DNA of 64,000 nt from Ascidiella aspersa (Eukaryota): positions 10,664,001 to 10,728,000 of the forward strand of contig OZ004610.1 of assembly GCA_963924565.1 (NCBI GenBank). Reading direction: 5' to 3'. The notes beneath the pieces were generated by a model that had not been told where the DNA came from, ran no database searches, and was given only the letters and a program-made list of their open reading frames with translations. This document shows, piece by piece, positions 51,289 to 63,125 of the stretch; within the stretch, counting starts at the first letter, position 1, and every line of letters begins with the position of its first letter. The position numbers and the translations under genes were made by a program.

Positions 51289-54200
51289 CCGGTAATCGAT
51301 AAAATTTAAATGTTTCCAACTTTTTTAAATAAACCCAACTTTGAAAATGAAAGATAATAGCCTACTAATTATAGTTTGTATATATCCGACTCAAATAAAT
51401 CAATATTCGTTGCTTTAATAGATTTTTATTGGAAACTCATCGATGCCTTAGGCGTCATCACCCATAAATGCTGTATGCGTAGGCATTTACAAAAAGAGTT
51501 GCTTATCGTCACACTTTAACTTTAACCGTTTTAATAATTTTGTTTTACCACTATTTGAATTTTTGAGCTATAGCGAGTTAGAGTTCAAATTCTTAACAAA
51601 TTTCGTTATCTTGAATTTACTTTCCTGCATTCCAGCAACACCAATGACCTACAACTAACTTCTATAAAATGTTTCGTTAGTCTTACATGAAGTTTTGCTG
51701 ACTTGACTTGTAGGCTATGTCTGATATGAAAACAAAAAATATTGAAAACAACGTAGACCCATATCGTTCGCTTTGACGTGCTTCCGTCATTGAAAATACA
51801 GTAGCGCAATAAACACAGCACATTACGATATTATGACACGTCGTACTGTGCTTTTTAATAATTCAGTAAATGCAAAAAACATTAACTCGTTGCTTAAAAC
51901 GTTGTTTAAAAAAAAGAAAACCAGCAATTAATCTACTAAGCAACGAGCTTTAAAGTATAATTCTTTATGAATAAATTACATTACAAGTCATGTATAACAA
52001 TTCTTATAACACTTAAAAAGCTCTGAGGGCCAATATATTAGTTTAGGGTGGTCCAATATTGCCATCACCTGCGGCAGTGGTTCTAAAACTGGTGTACGCG
52101 AGCAAGTTTCTTTATACTGCAGTGTTTTAATGGAAACACACTACAAGATCTAAAACGCAACACTACCTAATGCAGAAATATTTATAAAACCAAAGCATTT
52201 AAAGTTAAACCAACGACATAATAAAGCCAAATATGCAGTAATATCGATTGAAATCCAATAATAACTAAACCTGTCGGAATGCGTCCTAAACTCATCGGAG
52301 GCCTAAATGGCCCAAATAAGTTCGAAAACTGTAGAGGTGGGAATGGAACTTAAAGGACCGTCGGTCTGGCATCGGCCGTTTTGGTGTAGAAGACATTGAG
52401 GCGCCGTAGTTCGACCGGCGCCTACAAGGCGTCGCTGTTTTGGCAAGGTATTTTTGGTTCTGTATGGGGTTATTTATGGGTAATGGGCGGGGTTAGATAA
52501 TGGGTTAGGGTAAAAAATATTAGGGGAGTTAGTGATGTCCTTAGGGTTTTATTTGCAAATAATCGACTATAGCAGACAATACTTCTAAAGAATGTCCTAC
52601 ATCTTTAAAGTAACGAAAACTAGTGACATTTGTCAATTGGGAATAACTCTCAGAAGTAAAACCCCAGGTTCTAGCAGCAATTGTTTAGACTTGCCTGAGC
52701 GTGATATTTAAGCTTATACGTAATCCCGGAGTGGGAGAAAAATCCCCATCGAAAATATAAATTAATTACGGTTAAATTGCTGCAATAAACGCAATATACT
52801 GTGGACTCTGCTTAAATGTTGCGTGTTGAACACATTGTAAGAATAAGGCTTTGGCCTCGATCGCTATCAAATTATTTTGGGGAAGGTTTGTCGTACGATA
52901 CTGCATCCAACGTCGGAAAAGCCCGTGACCCGTTTGAATTGCTTGCTGTTAAAACTGCTGCAATAAACGCGGTATTTTTTGACACAGCAATTACGTAAAC
53001 GGAAAGGCATATAATGTAAAACAAAAAAATGCAGCAATGTGATAGCCTACTATTAACCCAATATTTAACACAATTTCAATGATATTATTAACCCAATTTT
53101 ACTAAAAAAATGTTAGACAAAACACTTAATTTTAACCGACGTCATTTGACTCGATGACTTCTTACAAGAGTCATTTGTCCAACGAGTTAAGTCATCTTAC
53201 CAAAACGACTTTAAGTCAAGACAAGACTTTTAAAAACATTCAGGTCGTTGATTCAAGTCATTACAATATACGTGGAGTTGGTTTTGTTCTTTAGCTTTAT
53301 TGGAATATCAACTTATGACTATATAGTCATCCTGACAGACAAATAAGTCCCCATTACTGACCTAAAGCCGCTGCTAGCACGCAATGCATCTCATTAAAAT
53401 TGCGGCTTGTTGAACTAAAAACGTGTTTTGTGGCATTAAGTAATGCGATTGTCTGATTTGAATCTGCTTTCCGACTCAAATAAATCACGGAATACAAGTT
53501 TGCAAATCAATAAATGCCCTTAGGCATGGCTCAGAATAATTTTTGTGTGAAACCAAAGTGATCAGGAATTGTAAAAAAGTACAGCACAAACAGATACGTG
53601 ATCGGTTATTTCAATCTTAATGCAAGGCTATCATGTCGTGAATAAAACGGAAACAAATTAAATGAAACTTCAGTACAACGTGTAACGATAGAATTTTTTA
53701 TGCCCGTTCTTAATTTAGAGGTGATTCGTGTAATCTCAAGTTTGTTCAACTTAGGTTGGTATTTTTGTCTGGGCATTGATTTCTTTATATTGTAGTGCGC
53801 AAACCACCAGTGGTACGCGAGCAGTTCGGGCCATTTGCTGAGTTTAAAGAAATTGATACAATTGCATTGGAGCTGCTGAGTTGCTGTTACATTGAAACGA
53901 TCTATTTGTTTGAACTACATCGTTGTACGCGTGACGCTGTGAGAAAGTGTTGGCTATTTAAATTGTGTGTTTTACTGATTAAGCAAGTTTAAAAACATAT
54001 AGGTTCTTCTGAAACCAGGTGGTACGCAGCGTCAGTAAAAAACATAGCTTCGATTAAAAACAACTCCAGTCGGCCAACAGTCGAAAAAAATAAAACAAAA
54101 AATAAACTCGAGTCCTTATTAACGTACGGTAACTAAAATAGATGTGGATTTACAGTAATCCCTCATAGGGATGACATATACTTCATTCACCAACAGTGTA

Positions 54201-54324
54201 TCCACCCACAAAACGTGGTTTAAATAAATCTAGGCACTGGAACGTTAACTTGCCTTAATGGACTAAAATACATTTTAAAGCAATCAACAAAATATTACGT
54301 TTTTTTTAGCAATAGATTTGTAAC

Positions 54325-56664
54325 ATGTTGCAACTTACTTTATGTGTTTGTGCGTTGCTTGTGTTGTGCGTTGAACCAAACGCAAGATGCTCCCAAGACC
54401 AGTTTCAATGTAGCAGGCCAGGCGTGAAGTGCATTAACCAAACTCAAGTTTGCAACGGGCAGTTGGACTGTTGGTTGGGCGAAGACGAGGCAAACTGCAC
54501 AACTTGCAAATCAGGAGCGAAGAAGTGCAACGATGGGAGCAAGTGTGTTCCGTGGTGCAATGGATATAACGATTGTAACGATTGGAGCGATGAGACGAAC
54601 TGTACGACTTGCAAACTAGGAGCGAAGAAGTGCAACGTTGGGAAGCAGTGTATTCGCTCAAGTTTGTGGTGCGATGGGCAGTTGCATTGTGACGATTTGA
54701 GCGATAAGACAAACTGTACAACTTGCAAATCAGGAGCGAAGAAATGCAAGGATGGGAGGCAATGTGTCGACGCAAGTGGGTGGTGTGATGGTCAGTTGCA
54801 TTGTGACGATTTAAGTGATGAGACGAATTGCACAACTTGCAACCCAGGAGAGGAGAAGTGCAATGATGCAAGGCAGTGTATTCGCGCAAGTTTGTTGTGC
54901 GATGGGAAGTTACATTGTGGCGATTTGAGTGATGAGACGAACTGTACAACTTGCAATGAAGGAGCGAAAATGTGCGATGGTGGACGGCAGTGTGTTGACT
55001 CAAGTTGGTGGTGCGATGGGCAGTTACATTGTGACGATTGGAGCGATGAGACGAACTGTACAACTTGCAATGAAGGAGCGAAGAAGTGTGATGATGGGCG
55101 GCTTTGTATTCGGGCAAGCAATTGGTGCGATGGGCGGCAAAATTGTCACGATTGGAGCGATGAGGCGGACTGTGCAACTTGCAAACCAGGAGCGAAGAAG
55201 TGCAATGGTGGAAGGCAGTGTGTTGACGCAAGTGAGTGGTGCGATGGGCGGAAAAATTGTAACGATAAGAGTGATGAGACGAACTGCACAACTTGCAAAC
55301 CAGGAGCAAAGAAGTGTATTGATGGAAGACAGTGTGTTGACGCAAGTTGGTGGTGCGATGGGCAGACAGATTGTCACGATTGGAGCGATGAGGCGAATTG
55401 CACAACTTGCAATGGAAGAGCGAAAATGTGCGATGATGGGAAGTTATGTATGCACTTAAGCAAGTGGTGCGATGGAATAATAGGTTGTGACGATGCCAGC
55501 GACGAGAATAGCTGTAAAACTTGCAATGGAGGAGCAAAGATGTGCAATGATGGGAAGTTGTGTTTGCCCGCAAGCGGGTGGTGCGATGGACCGGAAGAAT
55601 GTTACGATAAGAGTGATGAGACGAACTGTACAACTTGCAATGAAAGAGCAAAGATGTGCAATGATGGGAAGTTTTGTTGGCCCGCAAGCAGGTGGTGCGA
55701 CGGACGGTATGGTTGTCACGATTGGAGCGATGAGACAAACTGCACAACTTGCAAACCAGGAGCAAAGAAATGCAAGGATGGGAGGCAGTGTATTCTCGTA
55801 AGTTCGTGGTGCGATGGGTATAACCATTGTACCGATTTGAGCGATGAGAGGTTCTGCCCAATAACTTGCGAACCAGGAACGAAGATGTGCAATACAGAGA
55901 GCAAGTGTATTGGCACAAGCCGGTGGTGCGATGGACGGTATGATTGTGACGATTGGAGCGATGAGTTGAACTGCACAACTTGCAAACCAGGAGCGAAGAT
56001 GTGCGGTGAAGGGAGGCATTGTATTTCCGTACGTTGGTGGTGCGATGGGGAAAACGATTGTAGCGATTGGAGCGACGAGGCAAACTGTCCACTGTGCAAG
56101 AAAGGAACGAAGATGTGCAACGATGGGAGCAATTGTGTTTTGTGGTGTAATGGGTATAACGATTGTCAGGATTGGAGCGATGAGACGAACTGCACAACTT
56201 GTTATTTAGGAGCGAAAATGTGCAATGATGGAAGCAAGTGCATTCGCGAAAGCAAGTGGTGCGATGGGCAGGAGGATTGTTACGATTGGAGCGATGAGAC
56301 GAACTGTACAACTTGCAAACCAGAAGTGAAGATGTGCGATGATGGGAGGCAATGTGTTGACGTAAGTTGGTGGTGCGATGGGCGGAAAAATTGTTACGAT
56401 TGGAGCGATGAGACGAACTGCACAACTTGCAAACCAGGAGCAAAAAAGTGCATTGATGGTAGGCAGTGTGTTGACGCAAGTTGGTGGTGCGATGGGCGGA
56501 AGGATTGTTACGATTGGAGCGATGAGACGAACTGCACAACTTGCAAACCAGGAGCAAAAAAGTGCATTGATGGTAGGCAGTGTGTTGACGCAAGTTGGTG
56601 GTGCGATGGGCGGAAGGATTGTCATGATTGGAGCGATGAGGAGACTGTTTGCCTCAACAAATGA
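54325..56664 (+). CDS. Secreted protein made of 20 tandem LDL-receptor class A (complement-type) modules, intronless, 779 aa
   Basis: Signal peptide MLQLTLCVCALLVLCVEPNA, then 20 six-Cys units ending C-x-D-x-S-D-E-x-x-C (mostly 38 aa, 114 nt); stop right after the last module; no TM, EGF, YWTD or protease domain. Confidence 0.88.
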   Translation: MLQLTLCVCALLVLCVEPNARCSQDQFQCSRPGVKCINQTQVCNGQLDCWLGEDEANCTTCKSGAKKCNDGSKCVPWCNGYNDCNDWSDETNCTTCKLGAKKCNVGKQCIRSSLWCDGQLHCDDLSDKTNCTTCKSGAKKCKDGRQCVDASGWCDGQLHCDDLSDETNCTTCNPGEEKCNDARQCIRASLLCDGKLHCGDLSDETNCTTCNEGAKMCDGGRQCVDSSWWCDGQLHCDDWSDETNCTTCNEGAKKCDDGRLCIRASNWCDGRQNCHDWSDEADCATCKPGAKKCNGGRQCVDASEWCDGRKNCNDKSDETNCTTCKPGAKKCIDGRQCVDASWWCDGQTDCHDWSDEANCTTCNGRAKMCDDGKLCMHLSKWCDGIIGCDDASDENSCKTCNGGAKMCNDGKLCLPASGWCDGPEECYDKSDETNCTTCNERAKMCNDGKFCWPASRWCDGRYGCHDWSDETNCTTCKPGAKKCKDGRQCILVSSWCDGYNHCTDLSDERFCPITCEPGTKMCNTESKCIGTSRWCDGRYDCDDWSDELNCTTCKPGAKMCGEGRHCISVRWWCDGENDCSDWSDEANCPLCKKGTKMCNDGSNCVLWCNGYNDCQDWSDETNCTTCYLGAKMCNDGSKCIRESKWCDGQEDCYDWSDETNCTTCKPEVKMCDDGRQCVDVSWWCDGRKNCYDWSDETNCTTCKPGAKKCIDGRQCVDASWWCDGRKDCYDWSDETNCTTCKPGAKKCIDGRQCVDASWWCDGRKDCHDWSDEETVCLNK

Positions 56665-57996
56665 CGCTTCTTGGCAGTATTCTGTGTTTCGTATCACACG
56701 TAACTTCCTGCTTTTCATTTTCATGTTTGTGGCTTACATACTTATCTGTGGACAAAGTAACAAAATGGCAAATGCAAGCTACAAACTACCTAATTATAAT
56801 CTACAAAAACGAATTTCTCGCTTGATTAATACTGAATTGCTGGATCCCAATGTGTGTGCTAGCTTATGCTTTCCGATGATGTTTTATTTGTAAGTGCTGG
56901 TATTTTCCTTTTTATGACCATCAGTGCTTTGAACCCTTTGCATTACTCCACATTAATAGATAGATGTTGTGGTCGATTTTGGAAATTTGAAACGCACAAA
57001 AACGATGACGACACACTAAGCACGTGGTCTTAGAATATGCGAATAGTTTTGCAATAACTATCATTACCTAAAAATGGCGGCTTTGAAACGCGCACGACAG
57101 TTACAGTTCGATCACTGTTCCGCTGACGCGTATATAAACAATAAAGTTTAAAATCCAGAGTAAAATCATTGTAAGACATTTTTTAAAAGAAATATATATT
57201 TCGCCTATGCTGGCATCGTCAGTTCCTATGAGTGTGTAGCATCATAAGTAATAATTAGTGGATAATTTGGAATTTATTGGATTGTGTATTTATCAAATAT
57301 GTTACGATTTATGATTTGTCATTTTTTCACGCCTTTTACCAAACACTCGCTGTCATTCTGAGAACAGAGCATTCGGCTGTTTCACACATGAATAATGTTA
57401 TATCTTGACACATACTTCCGTTATAGATAAAAGTTTTTCACCAGTGTGAACGCGTTATTGTTGCAGTTCCCGGCTGCCAAAAAGGTACCTGGTTATAAAT
57501 CATTTCCGCTTTCTCCTGTCGCCTTCTCTCTTTCATGCAAACTTTCAACTTGTATATGCGAAACTTATATCAATATATATCCAGTCTTGTCTAGTCAATA
57601 CAGTGAGTGGTTGTGCTTGCCGGCATTAGCCGGTTTGCCCATAATAGCCAACACAAACTGTGTGGAATTGTAATCAGACAACAGCAATACTTATTGAAGT
57701 AATAGTGAGGTTGATTGCCGAGGCAAATTAGTTTAATGAGACATGCAATAAAAACCGCATGCTTCAAGTGAAGTAAAATACATAATATATAAAGCAAACT
57801 ATTAATAAATTAATAAAAAGGTAAAAAACATACGGAATCAGTATTGGTTTAGTAAAAAGTTTAAAAACGAAACATCAGGCTGTCAGAAGAAAACTATCTA
57901 ATGCAAAGCAGCAGAGCACAGACAAAACACGACGCGATGGAAAGAAAAATGAGTAGAAAAAAGAGAAGTGCTTACGGCAACCATTGCGTAAAAAGG

Positions 57997-58440
57997 TTAT
58001 CTTATGCGAGGTAAAACTGTTTCAACTGAACGGTTCCATTCTTGGTTGCAGAGCGTTGTTGGCATCATACCTTTGCTATCTTTGAAGTGGCCACACATAC
58101 AGCAGTTACCACATGGTGATGATTTTCCAGTAGCTGGGCTGTAATCGTCTGAAGTTTTCCCAATAGATTTGTAATCGATTAAAATGCTTCCCAATGTTGG
58201 TGGCCGTTTATATGTTATCATTGCATGGGGCTGCAGTTTGTTTTCGTTTTTAGTGGTTTTAAGCAAATTCGGAAAAGATGTCGGCCAAACTACGAGGTTC
58301 GTTTGTTTCTTCTTGGTCGGACGTTGACGTGGCCCGTCTTTTAACTGAACTGCATCGTTAATTGCTTCCTGGACCATTCTCCGAGGAAAATGCGATTGAG
58401 CGAATTTTGTGCTAAGGATTTTGGCTTGCTGGGGGAGTCT
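57997..58440 (-). mobile_element. Remnant of a Penelope-like (RT plus GIY-YIG) retroelement linker region
   Basis: Open frame KILSTKFAQSHFPRRMVQEAINDA...MITYKRPPTLGSIL...GKSSPCGNCCMCGH resembles the PLE helix segment, the YKRPxxL motif and the Cys cluster that precede the GIY-YIG domain. RT and nuclease cores are not visible. Confidence 0.6.
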
Positions 58441-59686
58441 TAATTGTTCACGTGTTGCTCTTGTTGAAGGCGAGTGTGACGTTCTTCCGGTGTTTTCCGT
58501 TGTCTAGGCATTTCTCGTGTTGCGTCATACGGTTCGAGCTGAGTGTGACGTTCCTCAGTATTATCGAGTATTTTACGTGCTACACACGCTTGTAAACCGA
58601 TTTCGTCGCTTTACTTAAGGTTCTGCCGCCATTAAAGCCCTCTGCGTTGTGCAGCGGGTGACATACATTTCTGTGAGCAAATAATGGTTGGTTTTGTAAT
58701 ATAACTTGTAATTTCATAATTAAAGAAATTGTTATTGGGTCTAGTCGCGCCTGACGTGAAAAATTAGGTTTATTTTGGTTAAATTAGCAAAACTTTCAAT
58801 TGAAAAGGTGCGTGACGCCCTTGACATCGTTTATGAGTTACATCGCGCAACATATCGTAGTATGCCTCGCGGCTTTGAGATAAATCGATTTCCTTAAAAC
58901 TGTTTGTATTTAGGTAGTAATTGTTGCCATGGGCCTCGCCACTGGCGTGATACAAATTTAATTAAGATAATTCAGTAATTCTGATCGAAATTGTGTGGAA
59001 TAATTCCGACACGCAATAATAAGTTTGTTTGAAGTTTGGCTACATAACAATATTTTTAAGATGTTGTATTTAAGGTCGCCACAAATGCCAATACTATAAA
59101 CTGCCGTCGCCGCCCTCGGCCGGACGTTTTCGCGCTTGTACCAAGTATATGCCGGCGGATGCGGCCGGTTAGTGTAAGGGAGCTGTTTTTATCGGAAAAG
59201 GTAGCTTTTGAGACATTAAAACGGCGGTTGAAAACAACGAAAACTGAGATAAAACTTTGTCTAAGGATTTAATGAACTTCGCTATGGTATAGGCCTAGTT
59301 ATTAATTGGAAGGCTTTACCAATTTTAATAGTTTACTGTTTAATGACAAAAACTTGAATGGGAAATGACTTAGTCGTATGAACTTGACTTGCTATTTATT
59401 CAAACGGACTAGAACTTACGTCATTTCACAATGAAAAGCGAATACAATAGGGATTATAGCTGGTCAGTTGCCGACTGGATTTGCCAGACCAGAGAAGAGG
59501 AAATCCGAGTGAAAGATTAAAGAAATGTTACGATCAAGAAGCATCATCATTCTTTACAGATATGCATGTAGAGACTCTACCGAAGTCTTGCGGTAACTTT
59601 ACCTGTCAAACGATATTCCTGTTGTATTCTATTAATCATCCTTCTCGTGTCTGCTTAGCCTTACCCTATATGCTTTGCATTTAATC

Positions 59687-60119
59687 CAGGGGTGGGCAAA
59701 CTGCAGGCATGTTTTTTGTCGCTCTTCTAGTCGAATCGTAAAATTTCAAAAAAATTGTAAAGGCTACCAGGAGTACCGTTTATAAACGTTTCTCTCTTTT
59801 TATGTGCTTTATTAATGCCAGAACTTTCGTCATTATGACGTAACACTAGACATACAATCCGGAAGAGTTAGTTAATAACAAGTTAACGCAATTTCATTTG
59901 ACAGTAAGCTTTTGCTAAGTTTAATCTGCTTAAATATACTGCAAAACGAAAGACTGATATTGATCAATATTGTGCGTGTTATTTTGTTATATGGCAATCC
60001 TGTTATTATTGCTAAACTTGCTTTTATTTACCGTTTTTGTTTTAAAATAATTTTGAGGCTCTCTGGTACTTGTATTTTCCTCAAATGGCTCTTCCATTGA
60101 ATACATTTGCCCACCCCTG
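59687..60119. mobile_element. hAT (Buster/Charlie-type) MITE, 433 bp
   Basis: 14-bp TIR CAGGGGTGGGCAAA; TSD ATTTAATC/ATCTAATC (7 of 8 match). Confidence 0.88.
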
Positions 60120-60527
60120 ATCTAATCTCTTCAAGAAAGACCGCCCTAAGGCCCATTAACACTACAAGCGACGCAACGCTGGATCTGTATTTCATTCGAT
60201 GTTAAAAGCGGCCTAAATAGATAATTATTTTTCTATTTTCAAAAGTGTGTATGGGCCACACAAAATGTTCTCACATGCTGTGCTGTACCTTTAACAACCC
60301 TGACAGTATTCTAAAAAAAGTCACTCAAATTGTTACTACATTGGAACGTGATTGAGTAAGATAAAGATAGACAAACATTAAGTTTGATAACAATAAGTTT
60401 TAAACTCGCAAGATATTAAGAATAAGACAAGAGTTTTAACAATGTTATAAAAGTATTATTTCCCCACTATTTTTTCTAGAACACCACCAATAACATCATA
60501 CATCCCTCAATAAACTTAAAACCTACA

Positions 60528-61433
60528 CTAAACATGCTCTCCATTCCATAGCTCATCTTTTATGGCATGTTTTGGATCACAAGTAAAGGAAATTGTTAGT
60601 GCATAACGAACCCCTTCGGTCACCTTTTTAACATGGTGTGGATTTTCGGACCCAGAGGTAAAGAATGAAATCCTGCCAAGTTTAGGTTCCACAGTGATGT
60701 TTCTGTCATCAAAAACAAACTGACCACCCTGAAAATCCTGGCCATAATTAGAAAGATATAAGAGTGAAGTGTAGTCAAACGAGCCATATTGAATTTTGTC
60801 TATGTGACTGTGCCAGTACTCGTCATGTTGAGTGCGTGCTTCCTTAGATGTGATTCGTGAAAAGAATGTTGGCTTTGTTAGAAAAAGATATTCATGGTTA
60901 ATACCAAAATGATGTGCGACTAAATGGCGAACCCTGTCTTTTATATTTTTAAAAACTTGCAAGCCATGTTCTGGAAACAAGTCTTTTAATTGGGAATTGC
61001 TTAGCACTTTGTAAATGTTAATAAATTTTTCCCCTTTAGACAAAGCACCAGAGTGAAGGTCAAGGATGGATGCACCACCATGTGACCCACCATACTGCAT
61101 TACACTTTTTACAATGTCAAGCAGTTCCTCAACCTCTTTTTCTGTTACAAGACCATCTTTCACACCACGGCCACACAATTTTGTTGGGGTACATTTATCG
61201 AATTTCGGATAATTTTTGTAGTCACTTGAGCAAGTTACATTTTCTGATTTAGAAGTGTAAGTCTCACTCTGCAATGCAAAAATGAGATTGTGCGAATTTT
61301 CAGATCTTATCCATAAAACAGCTACAACCACAATACCACAAGCCACTGTCAAAAGCTTTTTTGATTGACTTGTTTTACTCTGCTGAGCTTGAGGTTCTTT
61401 TTTTGATTTGCTTTGTCCTTTGTTTTTCACCAT
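60528..61433 (-). CDS. OGFOD3: 2-oxoglutarate and iron-dependent oxygenase domain-containing protein 3, intronless, 301 aa
   Basis: Basic N-terminus and TM helix LLTVACGIVVVAVLWI; GGASILDLHSGALSKG; LTKPTFFSRI; HDEYWHSHIDK (HxD); FTSGSENPHHV; RYALTISFTCDP. Confidence 0.95.
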   Translation of the reverse strand: MVKNKGQSKSKKEPQAQQSKTSQSKKLLTVACGIVVVAVLWIRSENSHNLIFALQSETYTSKSENVTCSSDYKNYPKFDKCTPTKLCGRGVKDGLVTEKEVEELLDIVKSVMQYGGSHGGASILDLHSGALSKGEKFINIYKVLSNSQLKDLFPEHGLQVFKNIKDRVRHLVAHHFGINHEYLFLTKPTFFSRITSKEARTQHDEYWHSHIDKIQYGSFDYTSLLYLSNYGQDFQGGQFVFDDRNITVEPKLGRISFFTSGSENPHHVKKVTEGVRYALTISFTCDPKHAIKDELWNGEHV

Positions 61434-62069
61434 TGGCAGCGTTATTTAACTTCTATATAAAAAAATATCTTAATTCTAAAAAATAATGTTTACAAAACCA
61501 AAAGCATCCTGAAGATGTTGCATTGGGAAGAGATAAGACTAACATTTTTGTTTCACACATAGATCAAGTTTGACAATCGAACAAGCAAAAATATTGCTCT
61601 TTATTACGAACTTTCACAAAATTTAAAACTGTAAAAATGTTTGTAAATTTGGTAATTAGGTTTTAGAAAGTAAGTTTGCATTGATGTCTATATTCACAAA
61701 AGAAATTAAAATTATACCAAATATATAGCAGATGCAAATTTCAATGATTATTTTAACCTATTTATCTATTCTGGAATATCGGATCCATCAAGTTCTTTAT
61801 GACAGAAAATTTAAATTTTCATATTGAAGAACCAGTCTGCATTCTGTGACAGGTCAACATAAACTTCACACCTCAAAATGTGGATGAAATGCAGAAAGGT
61901 TATACGAACTATTGATCCTATACTTCATATTTTGTTATGTTAGCCTATGTTTTGTTTGAAAAGTATACATATATGGTGCAGATAACACAGGTGTGCATTA
62001 CCAAATTTAAAGATTCAAGAACTTATGAATATTTTAATAATCCTACAACATCTTTTACATACAAATTAC

Positions 62070-62100
62070 GGCGCTGGTCTAGAGTCCTACCACAGCATTG
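62070..62100. mobile_element. TIR fragment of the GGYGCTGGTCTAGAATCCTAC MITE family in the divergent OGFOD3/HMG20 region
   Basis: GGCGCTGGTCTAGAGTCCTAC followed by CACAGCATTG, which also occurs at 49228. Confidence 0.55.
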
Positions 62101-63125
62101 AAACAAACAATTAAAGCAACGTACAATATTTGGGTTAGGATGTCGGTTTGGTAAAGTATGATTATTTAAGCATATTGCTTAACCTATACCCAAACTGCTA
62201 ACCTGCACCCTAACCCAAATAATAACTTCACGACTGTCAAAAGTAAATAAATCTATGTTTTAACAGACATATGGGGGCCGAAGTTTACAGTCTGTATTTC
62301 ATTTTCACGGCACTTAATGCCGAAATCTCCATTGCCCTGCCCTTGCTGACTTTATGCATGATTAATTTCGAGAAACAACACGATTGCAACATAAAATACA
62401 TCATAGAGATCAGTGAGCTAGAATCGGTAAACACGATTAACAATAGATAATATGGTATTTAAGAAATCCCAAGCAAATTTTTAGCGTTGCATGCATCACA
62501 TAAACATGTACCCGCTGACCCGTGATAATTACCGCCGACTGCACAACGACAACGTAATATAACAAACTGTTTAACTACGATAAAATAAATATGTATGTTT
62601 TGTGAGATAGCAACACGTGAAGTTTGGTTAGTCCAAAAAAACATTGGTGCGCAGTGCGCATTGCAATTCTGTTACAGAGACGTCTGCATTGATTTTGTGA
62701 GAGTACTAACTGACAATTTGGATGTAAAGTTTACGATTGTGTTTTAGTTTTAAGCCCAAGAAGATATTCCATATGTATAATACGCTGTCTCGAATTTTTA
62801 TCGTATTGTGATGCTCCCTTAACAGTTTTTTTTTGTTTATGTTTTTGTGCATTTAATTCCACTTCAATAAATCTGGGCATAAAAGCAATGAAACCAATTG
62901 ATTGGCTAATCTCAATTGATTGATTTTCATTGAACAAATTTGCAGATCACAAAGGTAAAAATGTGTTTTATTTAAACCAAAATCAAGATGTTGTCAATAA
63001 ATAAAATGTTTTAAACAATTCAAATCATTTTTGTTAATCATTGGTTTGGAAAATAATGGTTGGTGTTTTATTTAATAGAACAAATAATTATTTTGTTTGC
63101 GAATTTGCCTGTTTTGTTTATACAA

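Noticed and set aside
52465-52550. TTAGGG-like interstitial telomere
   Set aside because: Only scattered degenerate units, as also at ~25595, 49720, 50520 and 62130-62220; more likely internal parts of decayed TEs.
54500-56640. Regular repeat with variable segments resembling a CRISPR array
   Set aside because: The units are in-frame protein modules with homologous rather than unique spacers; eukaryotic context and no cas genes.
54434-56893. 719-aa antisense ORF and several alternative-frame ORFs over the LDLa gene
   Set aside because: Shadow frames of a 114-nt tandem coding repeat that happens to lack stops; no recognisable domain.
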